A DNA stretch of 21,080 nucleotides, from assembly GCA_036507075.1 (NCBI GenBank), contig DASXQR010000065.1, forward strand, positions 1 through 21,080. The letters are read 5' to 3'. This DNA is from Acidobacteriota bacterium. Its GTDB lineage: Bacteria > Acidobacteriota > UBA6911 > JACQSX01. The notes under the pieces are model-generated. The model worked only from the letters and a program-made list of their open reading frames with translations, searched no databases and was not told the origin of the DNA. Each line of letters starts with the position of its first letter. Position 1 is the stretch's first letter. Of the stretch, positions 9,021 to 17,026 are shown piece by piece. Position numbers and translations under genes: made by a program.

Positions 9021-10331
9021 ATGAATCTTACTCCCGAACAGAAAACTTTGGGCCGAAGAAACTTCATGAAAGCCTTGGCCGGGACGCCGGCTCTGGCTGC
9101 TTTGGGTGCGGCCGCCGCGGTGCGCGGTCCGGTGAGAGGGGGTCCGGTAAAGGCCGCGCTCATTGGCCCGGGCGGTGAAGGGAAAGTGCTGCTTGGACAG
9201 TGTCGCAGGGAGTTCATCGATATCAGGGCCCTGTGCGACATCAATCCAAAACATCTCCAGCAAGGCTCCGATCTGCTGGTTAAGGCGGGCTACGCGAAGC
9301 CTCGCGGCTATGAAGACTGGCGCGAGATGATTCAAAAAGAAGACCTGGAAGCGGTGTTGATCGCCGTGCCGCTTTGGGCGCACAAAGAAATCACGGTGGG
9401 ATGCCTGGATGCAGGCAAGCACGTGCTTTGCGAGAAGTTAATGGCGTGGGACATTCCCAGTTGTTACCAGATGCTGGAGGCTTCGCAGAAAAACCATCGT
9501 CTGCTTGAGATCGGATATCAGCGTTTCTACAACCCGTTGTACCAGGCCGCTTACGAAAATATCATCAAGAAAAATGTGCTCGGCGACATGTACTATGCCC
9601 GCCTGGTGTGGCACAGAAATGGCAATTGGCGGCGCGACGAACAGCCGCCGCATGCCGGATACAATCCCGACAAGTGGGGATATCCGGACTGGGAGCATCT
9701 TGTAAACTGGCGCCTGTATCGCAAATACGCCGGAGGGTTGATGGCCGAGTTGGGAAGCCACCAGGTGGCTGTTGTCAATTGGTTCTTCGACGCTCAGCCG
9801 ACTTCCGTTTACGCCTCGGGTGGAATATACGAGTATAAGGATGGACGGGAAGTGAATGATCACATTTATGTCACCTACGAGTACCCCGGAGGACGGACAG
9901 CAACCTTTACGTCGATTCAGTCCAATAAATTCGACAATTATTACGAGCAATACATGGGGACCAAAGGGACCCTGATTCTCTCGGGCGAAGCCGAGGCCTA
10001 CCTGTTCAGCGAAGGTGAAGAGTCCGCCAAACCGACCAGCATGGAGCTGACCAAGCAGACTTCCGCGCCGGTCCTCGATGCATCGGCAAGCCGCGTAGCC
10101 GACGCCGCCGGAGGCCGAACCGTGAGCGATGGAACAGGCGAAAAGCTGGACCGGCTGATATCGTATCGGGAAGAGATTGCCGGATTGTGTTCGGCCATTC
10201 GAACCGGTGCCGCCTTGCGCTGCGGCCCTGAAAGAGCGGTCAAGTCGGCGACTGCCTGCCTCAAGGCAAATGAGTCGGCAGACAAACGTTTGCGCCTGGA
10301 TCTGTCTTACACGACGGAACCAAGACCGTAG
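9021..10331 (+). CDS. Tat-exported Gfo/Idh/MocA family NAD(P)-dependent oxidoreductase
   Basis: GRRNFMK twin-arginine motif plus Ala-rich H-region, Rossmann [17 protein letters not shown] (EKP variant), IGYQR and [18 protein letters not shown]. Confidence 0.9.
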   Translation: MNLTPEQKTLGRRNFMKALAGTPALAALGAAAAVRGPVRGGPVKAALIGPGGEGKVLLGQCRREFIDIRALCDINPKHLQQGSDLLVKAGYAKPRGYEDWREMIQKEDLEAVLIAVPLWAHKEITVGCLDAGKHVLCEKLMAWDIPSCYQMLEASQKNHRLLEIGYQRFYNPLYQAAYENIIKKNVLGDMYYARLVWHRNGNWRRDEQPPHAGYNPDKWGYPDWEHLVNWRLYRKYAGGLMAELGSHQVAVVNWFFDAQPTSVYASGGIYEYKDGREVNDHIYVTYEYPGGRTATFTSIQSNKFDNYYEQYMGTKGTLILSGEAEAYLFSEGEESAKPTSMELTKQTSAPVLDASASRVADAAGGRTVSDGTGEKLDRLISYREEIAGLCSAIRTGAALRCGPERAVKSATACLKANESADKRLRLDLSYTTEPRP

Positions 10332-10333
10332 AA

Positions 10334-10354
10334 GTTGCGGGTTACGGGTTTCGA
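10334..10354 (+). repeat. Short GTTRCGG heptamer array
   Basis: gttgcgg gttacgg gtttcga starts just after the stop. It is the same family as the minus-strand reading of 16054-16162. Confidence 0.55.
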
Positions 10355-10359
10355 ATTGT

Positions 10360-10454
10360 AAAGCCGCAAAGCGGGTGACAAGAATTGTAGCCGGGGTGCG
10401 TAAGCCTCCGGAAAGCCGGATTCAGTTATCAAAGCTGCGCAGCGGCGCCAGAAT
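10360..10454 (+). repeat. GTAG-hairpin REP-like element with flanking small hairpin direct repeats
   Basis: GTAG (10387-10390) precedes the hairpin CCGGGGTGC-GTAA-GCCTCCGG. It is flanked by AAAGCCGCAAAGCGGG..AGAAT and AAAGCTGCGCAGCGGC..AGAAT. Confidence 0.5.
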
Positions 10455-10487
10455 CCAGGCTGCCAATGATCCTTTAAATTGCCAAAC

Positions 10488-11450
10488 ATGTATTCATCCA
10501 AAATGTCTCGTCGTCGATTTGTGGCCGGCGCCGGAGTGCTTTCCGCTGCCCTGCCGCTGCGGATTATGGCCAATCGTTCTCCCTTCCGGCTTTCAATCAT
10601 CACCGATGAAATCTCCCAGGATTTCGCCCATGCCCTTGAAGTGGCATCCAAGGAATTTGGCTGCAGTTGGGTGGAGCTTCGAGGCATGTGGGACAAGAAC
10701 CTGATGAGGCTTGACGACAAAGAAGTGGAGGAAGTCGGAAAGATTATAGAAAAATTCCAGATGCAGGTATCCTGCATCGCCTCTCCACTCTTTAAGGTCG
10801 ACTGGCCGGGCGCGCCGGTTTCAAAGTTCAGCCCCCGGCGCGACCAGTTCAATGCCGACTTTACATTTGACCAGCAGGACGAGGTGCTGCAACGCTGCAT
10901 CCGGCTGGCGAAGGTCTTCAAAACCGACCGGGTTCGCTGCTTTGATTTCTGGCGTCTGGACGATCCAGCGCCTTATCGTGCCGCCATGGACGACAGGCTG
11001 CGCCGGGCGGCTGATCGTGCTTTTAAACAGGGAATCGCGCTCGTTCTGGAAAATGAGACTGCCTGCAATAGCGCCACCAGCGCGGAGGCAGTCCGCACGT
11101 TGAAGGCTGTCAATGCTAACGGCCTGATGCTGAACTGGGATCCGGGTAATGCCGCCTCGCGGGGTGAGACGCCCTTTCCGGACGGTTACAAATTGCTGCC
11201 GAAAAAGCGGCTTGGCCACTTGCACTGCAAGGACGTCATCCGCAATAACAGCCCGGAAGGTTATGACTGGGCAGCAGTAGGCAGGGGCGTGATTGATTAC
11301 GTTGGGCTGTTCCGCGCCCTGAAAAAGGACGGCTATCGGCGCGCTGTTTCTCTGGAAACCCACTGGCGGGGAGCGGGGACGGCGGAAGCATCGTCGCGCG
11401 AAAGTATGGCAGGGCTGAAGGGAAAATTGCGCCAGGCAGGCGCACTCTAA
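10488..11450 (+). CDS. Tat-exported sugar phosphate isomerase/epimerase (xylose isomerase-like / AP endonuclease 2 TIM barrel)
   Basis: SRRRFV Tat motif and metal-ligand pattern LENE, WDPGN, HLHCKD, SLETH. The start is uncertain (10479, 10488 or 10503). Confidence 0.85.
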   Translation: MYSSKMSRRRFVAGAGVLSAALPLRIMANRSPFRLSIITDEISQDFAHALEVASKEFGCSWVELRGMWDKNLMRLDDKEVEEVGKIIEKFQMQVSCIASPLFKVDWPGAPVSKFSPRRDQFNADFTFDQQDEVLQRCIRLAKVFKTDRVRCFDFWRLDDPAPYRAAMDDRLRRAADRAFKQGIALVLENETACNSATSAEAVRTLKAVNANGLMLNWDPGNAASRGETPFPDGYKLLPKKRLGHLHCKDVIRNNSPEGYDWAAVGRGVIDYVGLFRALKKDGYRRAVSLETHWRGAGTAEASSRESMAGLKGKLRQAGAL

Positions 11451-11541
11451 GCAGAATGCGGAAGGCAGAAAGCGGAAAGCGGAATGCGGAATGCGGAATG
11501 CGGAATAAAGCTGTTCGTTGTCAGTTGTCCGTGGTCAGTTG
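11451..11541 (+). repeat. Composite heptamer array: (GCRGAAN)x8 - AAAGC - TGTCAGT-like x4
   Basis: Starts at the first base after the TAA. Units run from gcagaat to gcggaat over 11451-11506, then tgttcgt tgtcagt tgtccgt ggtcagt. Confidence 0.9.
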
Positions 11542-11596
11542 GTCTAGTTTTTATCAGGGTTCGAACTGCCCTACCCAACAGTAGAGTCTTGCAGAT

Positions 11597-11701
11597 CTGA
11601 CCACTGACCACTGACCACTGACCACTGACAACGGACCACTGACAACGGACCATTGACAACGGACCACTGACAACGGACCACTGACAACGGACCACTGACA
11701 A
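11597..11701 (+). repeat. Heptamer array (CTGACCA)x4, then (CTGACAA CGGACCA)x5 and CTGACAA; 15 units
   Basis: Read directly from the sequence. It is reverse-complementary to 11512-11541 and ends just before the AAGGAGG RBS of the next gene. Confidence 0.92.
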
Positions 11702-11721
11702 CGACAAAAAGGAGGTCAAAC

Positions 11722-13050
11722 ATGTCAAATTCGCGTCGGAATTTCATTAGAACCATGGCCGCCGGTGCTGCCGGAATGGCCGTTACGTCGCGTGCTTCCA
11801 GTTACGCTCGAATCGTCGGAGCCAATGATCGCGTGCGTGTGGGAATTGTTGGGTTCTCGGACAGGTTTCGGTCCGCGCTGTTGCCCGCCTTTCTGACTCA
11901 TGCCGGCTCCTTGAACTTTGAATTCGTCGCCGTGTCGGATATCTGGAGCCGCCGGCGAAACGAAGCGGTTGACGCCGTGGAGAAGCGCACCGGGAAAAAA
12001 ATTGCCACTGCGCGAAACAACGACGAACTGTACGACCGCAAGGACATCGACGCGGTCATCGTGGCGACGGCGGACTTCCAGCACGCGCGCCACGCAGTGG
12101 AAGCCGTGCGGGCTGGATGCGATGCCTACGTGGAGAAGCCGCTGGCAAATACGATGGAGGATGCGCGCCTGGTTTTGAAGGCTGTGGAAGACACCAGGAA
12201 GATCGTGCAGATCGGAACCCAGCGCCGCAGCACGCCCAATTATATTCAGGCTGCCGAGTACCTTCGCTCCGGCAAGTTCGGCGATATCAATGCAGTCGAA
12301 ATGACCTGGAATGTGAACCAGCCCGGTCGCTGGCGCCGTCCAAAACTGGTGGCCGAGATCCGAAAAGAAGATACCGACTGGAACCGTTACCTGATGAATC
12401 GCCCCAAAGAAGAATGGGACCCGCGCAAGTATCTCGAGTTTCGCTTGTTCTGGCCTTACTCATCCGGCATTCCCGATCAATGGCTGGTGCATCAGATTGA
12501 TACTGTGCACTGGTTCACCGGATTGAATCATCCCCGGAGCGTGGCGGCAAACGGAGGAATCTACCAATGGCATGACGGGCGCCGCAATTACGACACCATA
12601 ACGGCCGTCTTCGATTACGGCCCGCCCAAAGATATGTCAAAGGGTTTCCAGGTGATTTACTCATCGCGCATGACCAACTCTGCCGGAGGCGTCAAGGAGT
12701 GCTACTTCTCCAATGGCGGCAAACTTGATCTGGATAAGAACGAAGTCACGCCCGAAGGGGGGCTGCGCGAAAGGGAAGCTTCGGAAATGGGGCTGGAGGC
12801 CAACCTGCTGCCAAAAATGAAACTGGCCGAGGCGTCCAAAGTTGAAACTGCGGCCAACACGGGAGAGGACGACAGTACTTCTGCCCACATGAGAAACTGG
12901 CTGGAATCTGTACGCAGCCGCAGGGCGCCCAACGCCGACATTCGCGCCGGATACAATCACTCGGCAGCCTTGTGCATGACGATCGCTTCTATTCACACAG
13001 GCAAGCGCGTCACGTTTGATGACGCAAAGCAGGATGTGGTGATCGGGTAA
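11722..13050 (+). CDS. Tat-exported Gfo/Idh/MocA family oxidoreductase
   Basis: AAGGAGG RBS, SRRNFIR Tat motif, [29 protein letters not shown] and [21 protein letters not shown]. Confidence 0.92.
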   Translation: MSNSRRNFIRTMAAGAAGMAVTSRASSYARIVGANDRVRVGIVGFSDRFRSALLPAFLTHAGSLNFEFVAVSDIWSRRRNEAVDAVEKRTGKKIATARNNDELYDRKDIDAVIVATADFQHARHAVEAVRAGCDAYVEKPLANTMEDARLVLKAVEDTRKIVQIGTQRRSTPNYIQAAEYLRSGKFGDINAVEMTWNVNQPGRWRRPKLVAEIRKEDTDWNRYLMNRPKEEWDPRKYLEFRLFWPYSSGIPDQWLVHQIDTVHWFTGLNHPRSVAANGGIYQWHDGRRNYDTITAVFDYGPPKDMSKGFQVIYSSRMTNSAGGVKECYFSNGGKLDLDKNEVTPEGGLREREASEMGLEANLLPKMKLAEASKVETAANTGEDDSTSAHMRNWLESVRSRRAPNADIRAGYNHSAALCMTIASIHTGKRVTFDDAKQDVVIG

Positions 13051-13060
13051 GCGGGAGAGC

Positions 13061-13193
13061 GTGGAAGGCGGAAGGCGGAAGGCGGAAGGCAGGAGGCAGA
13101 AGGCAGGAGGCAGAAGGCAGAAGGCAGGAGGCAGAAGGCAGAAGGCAGAAGGCAGAAGGCAGGAGGCAGGAGGCAGAAGGCGGAAAGCGGAAT
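13061..13193 (+). repeat. Heptamer array GCRGRAG x19, with a short inverted arm at 13233-13248
   Basis: Units gcggaag, gcaggag and gcagaag, ending gcggaaa gcggaat. CTATTCCGACTTCCGC downstream can pair with the 3' end of the array. Confidence 0.92.
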
Positions 13194-13297
13194 AGTCAAA
13201 CCTCATTCTTCAGAGCAGACCCAGTCGCCCTGCTATTCCGACTTCCGCATTAGGGGCGGTTTTTGAAGGCCTTAAAACATAAATTTGAGGATGAATT

Positions 13298-14302
13298 ATG
13301 TCGAAACGAATATTGGTTTTTCTACTGGCACTCGCTTCAGTTGCGACTGTTATCCTTGCAGCAGAAGACGGGAAATCAGGCGTCACAGTCACCGTCAATG
13401 AAGCGGCACAGCGCGTCGATGTGGCCATCGACGGCCAGCCGTTCACCTCGTATCTTTGGGCCGGCAATTTCAAGAAACCGGTCCTGTTTCCGATTCGCAG
13501 CGCAAAGGGTACCGTTGTAACGCGCGGGTATCCGATCGAAGCGCGTGCGGGAGAGGACAAAGACCATCCCCATCACATCGGGCAGTGGCTCAATTACGGC
13601 GATGTCAACGGGGTCGATTTCTGGGGGAATTCTGCCGCTCTGCCCCCGGAACGCGCCAAGAATGAGGGAAGCGTCGTGCATCGCTCGATCAAAAAGGCCG
13701 AAAACGGCAAGGACAAGGGCGTGCTGGAAGTAACAGCGGACTGGGTCATGCCGGATGGCTCAACCGTTTTGCGCGAGGAATCCCGGTATATTTTCCGCAA
13801 GGCGCCAAATGCGCGAATCATCGATCGCGTGACGACGCTGACGGCGGGGGATCAGAAGGTAATCTTCGGCGATACCAAAGAAGGAATGTTTGCATTGCGC
13901 GTGGCCCGTTCATTGCAGCACCCGCCAAAAGGTAAATCCGATCCCGTCTCTACTGGCATGTATCTGAGCAGTGAAGGCAAAACGGGAGACGACGTGTGGG
14001 GAACGCGAGGCCGCTGGATGATCCTGACCGGTGCGGTCGAATCCGAGCCGCTCACGCTTGCCATTTTCGACCACCCGAAAAATCCGGGATTTCCCACCTA
14101 TTGGCACGCGCGTGGCTACGGCCTTTTTGCCGCCAATCCGTTCGGACAAAAAGATTTCACCGGTGGAAAAGAGGAGATGAAATTCACTCTGGGCCCGAGG
14201 CAATCCACCACATTCCGTTATCGGACCTCGGTTGTGTCCGGCACCGCGACGGCCGATCAGGCTGAAGCGGAGTACAAGAAGTTCATTCAGGAAATCAAAT
14301 AG
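13298..14302 (+). CDS. Secreted DUF6807 / 'PmoA family' protein (not a methane monooxygenase subunit)
   Basis: GAGG RBS and Sec signal MSKRILVFLLALASVATVILA. Motifs KPVLFPI, VTRGYP, DHPHH, FGDTKEG, DHPKNP and WHARGYGLFAANPFG. Confidence 0.78.
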   Translation: MSKRILVFLLALASVATVILAAEDGKSGVTVTVNEAAQRVDVAIDGQPFTSYLWAGNFKKPVLFPIRSAKGTVVTRGYPIEARAGEDKDHPHHIGQWLNYGDVNGVDFWGNSAALPPERAKNEGSVVHRSIKKAENGKDKGVLEVTADWVMPDGSTVLREESRYIFRKAPNARIIDRVTTLTAGDQKVIFGDTKEGMFALRVARSLQHPPKGKSDPVSTGMYLSSEGKTGDDVWGTRGRWMILTGAVESEPLTLAIFDHPKNPGFPTYWHARGYGLFAANPFGQKDFTGGKEEMKFTLGPRQSTTFRYRTSVVSGTATADQAEAEYKKFIQEIK

Positions 14303-14310
14303 TCTTTTTC

Positions 14311-14363
14311 ACCACAAAGGCACAGAGGACACAAAGTTTTTGTGTTCTTTGTGCCTTTGTGGT
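14311..14363 (+). repeat. 25-bp stem hairpin built from CACAAAG-type 8/9-mers
   Basis: ACCACAAAGGCACAGAGGACACAAA-gtt-TTTGTGTTCTTTGTGCCTTTGTGGT. The only two non-Watson-Crick positions are G-U pairs on the + strand. Confidence 0.85.
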
Positions 14364-14382
14364 TGGTGTCAAAGAGAAAACC

Positions 14383-15912
14383 GTGGCCACGTCAAAACAG
14401 CCCGTCCTGGAGCAGCCCGCACCGGCGCCGGCGAGCGAGCCGGGAAAGATTCGTCATCTGCGCTGGTATATCTGCGGCCTGCTTTTTCTGGCTACCACCA
14501 TCAACTACCTGGACCGGCAGACGGTCAGTGTGCTCAATAAGCCGGTGCTCCAGGAACAGATCGGCTGGACGGAATCAGGCTACGGCTGGATTCAATTCTC
14601 CTTCCAGTTTGCGTACGCCATCATGCTGGGCGTTTCGGGGCGCCTGCTGGATTTGTTTGGCGTGCAGCGCGGTTTCACGGCCGCGGTAATTGTCTGGAGC
14701 CTGGCCGCTGTTGCGCACGCGTTTGTCCGCACTCCAGTCGGTTTTGCTGCGGCGCGATTTGCGCTCGGAATTGGAGAAGCGGCGAACTTTCCGGCCTCGA
14801 TCAAAGCGGTTGCGGAATGGTTTCCAAAGAGGGAACGCGCGCTCGCAACCGGCATTTTCAATTCGGGCACGAACGTGGGAGTGATGCTCTCCCCTTTGAT
14901 TGTCTGGCTCGCCATGGCATGGCATTGGCAGGGCGCGTTCATTTTGACCGGCATCACAGGTTTTCTCTGGCTGATTCTGTGGAAATGGTTTTACCGCTCG
15001 CCCGAGGAACACCCTAAGCTTTCTTCCGCCGAGCTCGCGCTCATTCTCAGCGACAAGGAACCTCCCGCAACGGCGGTGCGCATTCCGTGGGTGACGCTTC
15101 TTCGTTATCGGCAGGCATGGGCGTTCTTAATCGCCAAGATGATGACCGATCCCGTGTGGTGGTTTTATCTTTACTGGCTTCCTTCCTACCTGAAACAGGA
15201 GCGCGGTGTTTCGGCGCTTACCGCCGCCGTGATGCTGATCTATCCCTACATCGCGGCGGACGTTGGAAGTGTCGGCGGGGGATGGCTCTCTGGTTTTCTG
15301 ATGAATCGGGGTTGGAGGAGCGGCCCGGCGCGACTCACCGCGATGATGGTGTTTGCGCTCTGTATGCCTGGCGCCATCTGGGCTGTGATGACAAACAGCT
15401 TTTGGACAGCTCTTTCGCTCATCAGCCTGGCCACGGCTGCGCACCAGGCCTGGTCGGCCAACGTATTTACAATGGCGTCGGACATGTTCCCAAAGAAGGT
15501 AGTGGGCTCGGTTGTTGGGCTTGGCGGGATGTGCGGCGCCATCGGCGGCATGTTCATGACGCTGATTGCTGGAGGCGTGCTGCAGTGGTTTGGAAGCTAC
15601 ACGCCGCTGTTTATCGCGGCCGGATTGATGCATCCCACGGCGCTGGCCGCCGTGGTTCTTCTCGCCGGAAGGGACTTGCGCCAGGCCGATGTCGAGGAAA
15701 CCCTGAAAACGGGAGCGAGTGCCACTCTGATGCTCGTAGGCGGGATACTGTCCGCCGTCGGCGCGGCCCTGGCGTTGCTGGTTTGGAATCGCTGGGATTT
15801 TATCGTGCAGGCGTCACATTCCACCAGCACCGCAGCCCAGGGCCTGGTGGCCTCGCTCGGTGTAGCCCTCCTGGGAATGGCTTTGATCTACGCCGGCAGA
15901 GCCCGCAAATAA
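14383..15912 (+). CDS. MFS transporter, ExuT/hexuronate (ACS) type, with a C-terminal extension
   Basis: Motifs LRWYICGLLFLATTINYLDRQ, GIGEAANFPASIKAVAEWFPKRERALATGIFNSG, DPVWWFYLYWLP and AAHQAWSAN. The GTG at 14383 is preferred because the ORF-track start (14359) lies inside the hairpin. Confidence 0.88.
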   Translation: MATSKQPVLEQPAPAPASEPGKIRHLRWYICGLLFLATTINYLDRQTVSVLNKPVLQEQIGWTESGYGWIQFSFQFAYAIMLGVSGRLLDLFGVQRGFTAAVIVWSLAAVAHAFVRTPVGFAAARFALGIGEAANFPASIKAVAEWFPKRERALATGIFNSGTNVGVMLSPLIVWLAMAWHWQGAFILTGITGFLWLILWKWFYRSPEEHPKLSSAELALILSDKEPPATAVRIPWVTLLRYRQAWAFLIAKMMTDPVWWFYLYWLPSYLKQERGVSALTAAVMLIYPYIAADVGSVGGGWLSGFLMNRGWRSGPARLTAMMVFALCMPGAIWAVMTNSFWTALSLISLATAAHQAWSANVFTMASDMFPKKVVGSVVGLGGMCGAIGGMFMTLIAGGVLQWFGSYTPLFIAAGLMHPTALAAVVLLAGRDLRQADVEETLKTGASATLMLVGGILSAVGAALALLVWNRWDFIVQASHSTSTAAQGLVASLGVALLGMALIYAGRARK

Positions 15913-15916
15913 ACCC

Positions 15917-15991
15917 TTCGAATGCGGAATGCGGAATGTGGATTGCGGAATAAAGACTGTCCGTTGACCGTGGTCAGTTGTCAGTTGTCGG
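15917..15991 (+). repeat. Second copy of the composite (GCGGAAT)n-AAAG-(TGTCAGT-like)n array
   Basis: gcggaat gcggaat gtggatt gcggaat AAAGAC tgtccgt tgaccgt ggtcagt tgtcagt tgtcgg, with essentially the same junction as 11500-11541. Confidence 0.85.
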
Positions 15992-16053
15992 CGTCTATCG
16001 GCGTCGAATGCCGATTGCGGAATCCAAAGGTTAAAGAGTTAAACAAGCCAGCT

Positions 16054-16162
16054 TCGTAACCCGGAACTAGATAACCCGCAACCCGAAAACTCGTAACCCA
16101 GCAACCCGCAACCCGCAAACCCGCAACCCGTAACCCGCAAACCCGTAACCCGCAAACCCGCA
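16054..16162 (-). repeat. CCGYAA(A)C 7/8-mer array, about 15 units (GTTRCGG on the minus strand)
   Basis: Units ccgcaac, ccgtaac and ccgcaaac, ending 3 nt from the stop of the minus-strand gene. Confidence 0.9.
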
Positions 16163-16165
16163 TTT

Positions 16166-17026
16166 TTATGCGAGCAGATTGCGAATGTAGGCCAGATTGG
16201 CCGGCAGATCTTTGCTGATGTCCTTGTTTGGAGATTCGGTTTCCAGGTTGGCCCATCCGCTGTACTTGATGTCTTTGATGGCCTCGACGATCGCCGGAAA
16301 ATCAATCTTGCCCTGTCCCAGAAGATGAGGGTTGTCTTTCAGATGGAACTGGCAGATGCGGTCGCGCCCGAGCCAGCGGATCTCTTTGACGACATCGTAT
16401 CCTCCCCGCGTGGAGTTTCCCACGTCGTAATAAACCTTTACCGCCGGCGATTGGATGCGCTCGAGCATGTAGACGTTTTCTTCGGCTGAATTTTCGTTCT
16501 CCAGGCCCAGGATGATGCCGGCCCTTTCGGCATCGGGCGCCGCAGCCTTCAGGAAATCAGACACGAAATCCCGTTCCTCACGAGTCTTCAAAGCGCCTTT
16601 GCCGAAAAACGGCAGAAGAATCACGCGCGCGCCCAGGTCCCGCGTAATTCCGATGGAGTCGCGCACCCACCTCTGGCCCAATGGATCCGACTTCAAATAA
16701 TTCCGGTGCAGAATATTCAGGCAGGTCGATGTGATGGCGACGCCATGCTTGCTGGATTCAGCCAGGTATGTTTTCTGCAGATCCTTGTCGGCCAGCGGAA
16801 GCGCATCGTCGCCGACTCCGAGGCTTACCTCCACTCCTTCGAACCCTAGCCGGCCGGCCAGTTCCACTGCTTCAGTCTTGCCGGTCAGACGAAGGTTCCA
16901 GTCCGGCACGCCGACACGCACTCGTGCGGCAGCCTTCTTTTGCCCAAGCACAATTTGGGCCGAGGATGTGAAAGTGGCTAACCCGGCGGCGGTCAATTCA
17001 AGGAAGTTCCTACGCGTAAGTGACAT
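16166..17026 (-). CDS. Tat-exported sugar phosphate isomerase/epimerase (xylose isomerase-like TIM barrel)
   Basis: Start reassigned to the ATG at 17026 (GGAGA RBS, MSLTRRNFLE Tat motif). Motifs GFEGVEV, GLEN, YYDVGN, QFHLKD and NLET. Confidence 0.87.
   Translation of the reverse strand: MSLTRRNFLELTAAGLATFTSSAQIVLGQKKAAARVRVGVPDWNLRLTGKTEAVELAGRLGFEGVEVSLGVGDDALPLADKDLQKTYLAESSKHGVAITSTCLNILHRNYLKSDPLGQRWVRDSIGITRDLGARVILLPFFGKGALKTREERDFVSDFLKAAAPDAERAGIILGLENENSAEENVYMLERIQSPAVKVYYDVGNSTRGGYDVVKEIRWLGRDRICQFHLKDNPHLLGQGKIDFPAIVEAIKDIKYSGWANLETESPNKDISKDLPANLAYIRNLLA

Noticed and set aside
11447..11756. Minus-strand ORFs with SVVRCQW/SVVSGQ/SAFRIPH repeats
   Set aside because: They are translations of heptamer arrays antisense to the operon and not credible proteins.
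11597..13193. Repeat arrays as CRISPR
   Set aside because: The units are 7-14 bp and contiguous, with no unique spacers of constant length and no cas genes.
12661..13206. Minus-strand ORFs with SAFCLLP repeats
   Set aside because: They are translations of the GCAGAAG array plus the antisense of the Gfo gene.
13298..14302. Methane monooxygenase subunit, suggested by the family name 'PmoA'
   Set aside because: This is a soluble secreted protein without multiple TM helices, there is no pmoB or pmoC, and the context is sugar catabolism.
15709..15720. TGAS in the MFS tail as a canonical ApbE flavinylation motif
   Set aside because: It lacks the Asp at the usual spacing and four-residue matches are common by chance. 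It lies in a transporter linker with no redox context.
15981..16305. ORFs with LRVAGCG/LRVTG repeats
   Set aside because: They are translations of the CCGCAAC array.
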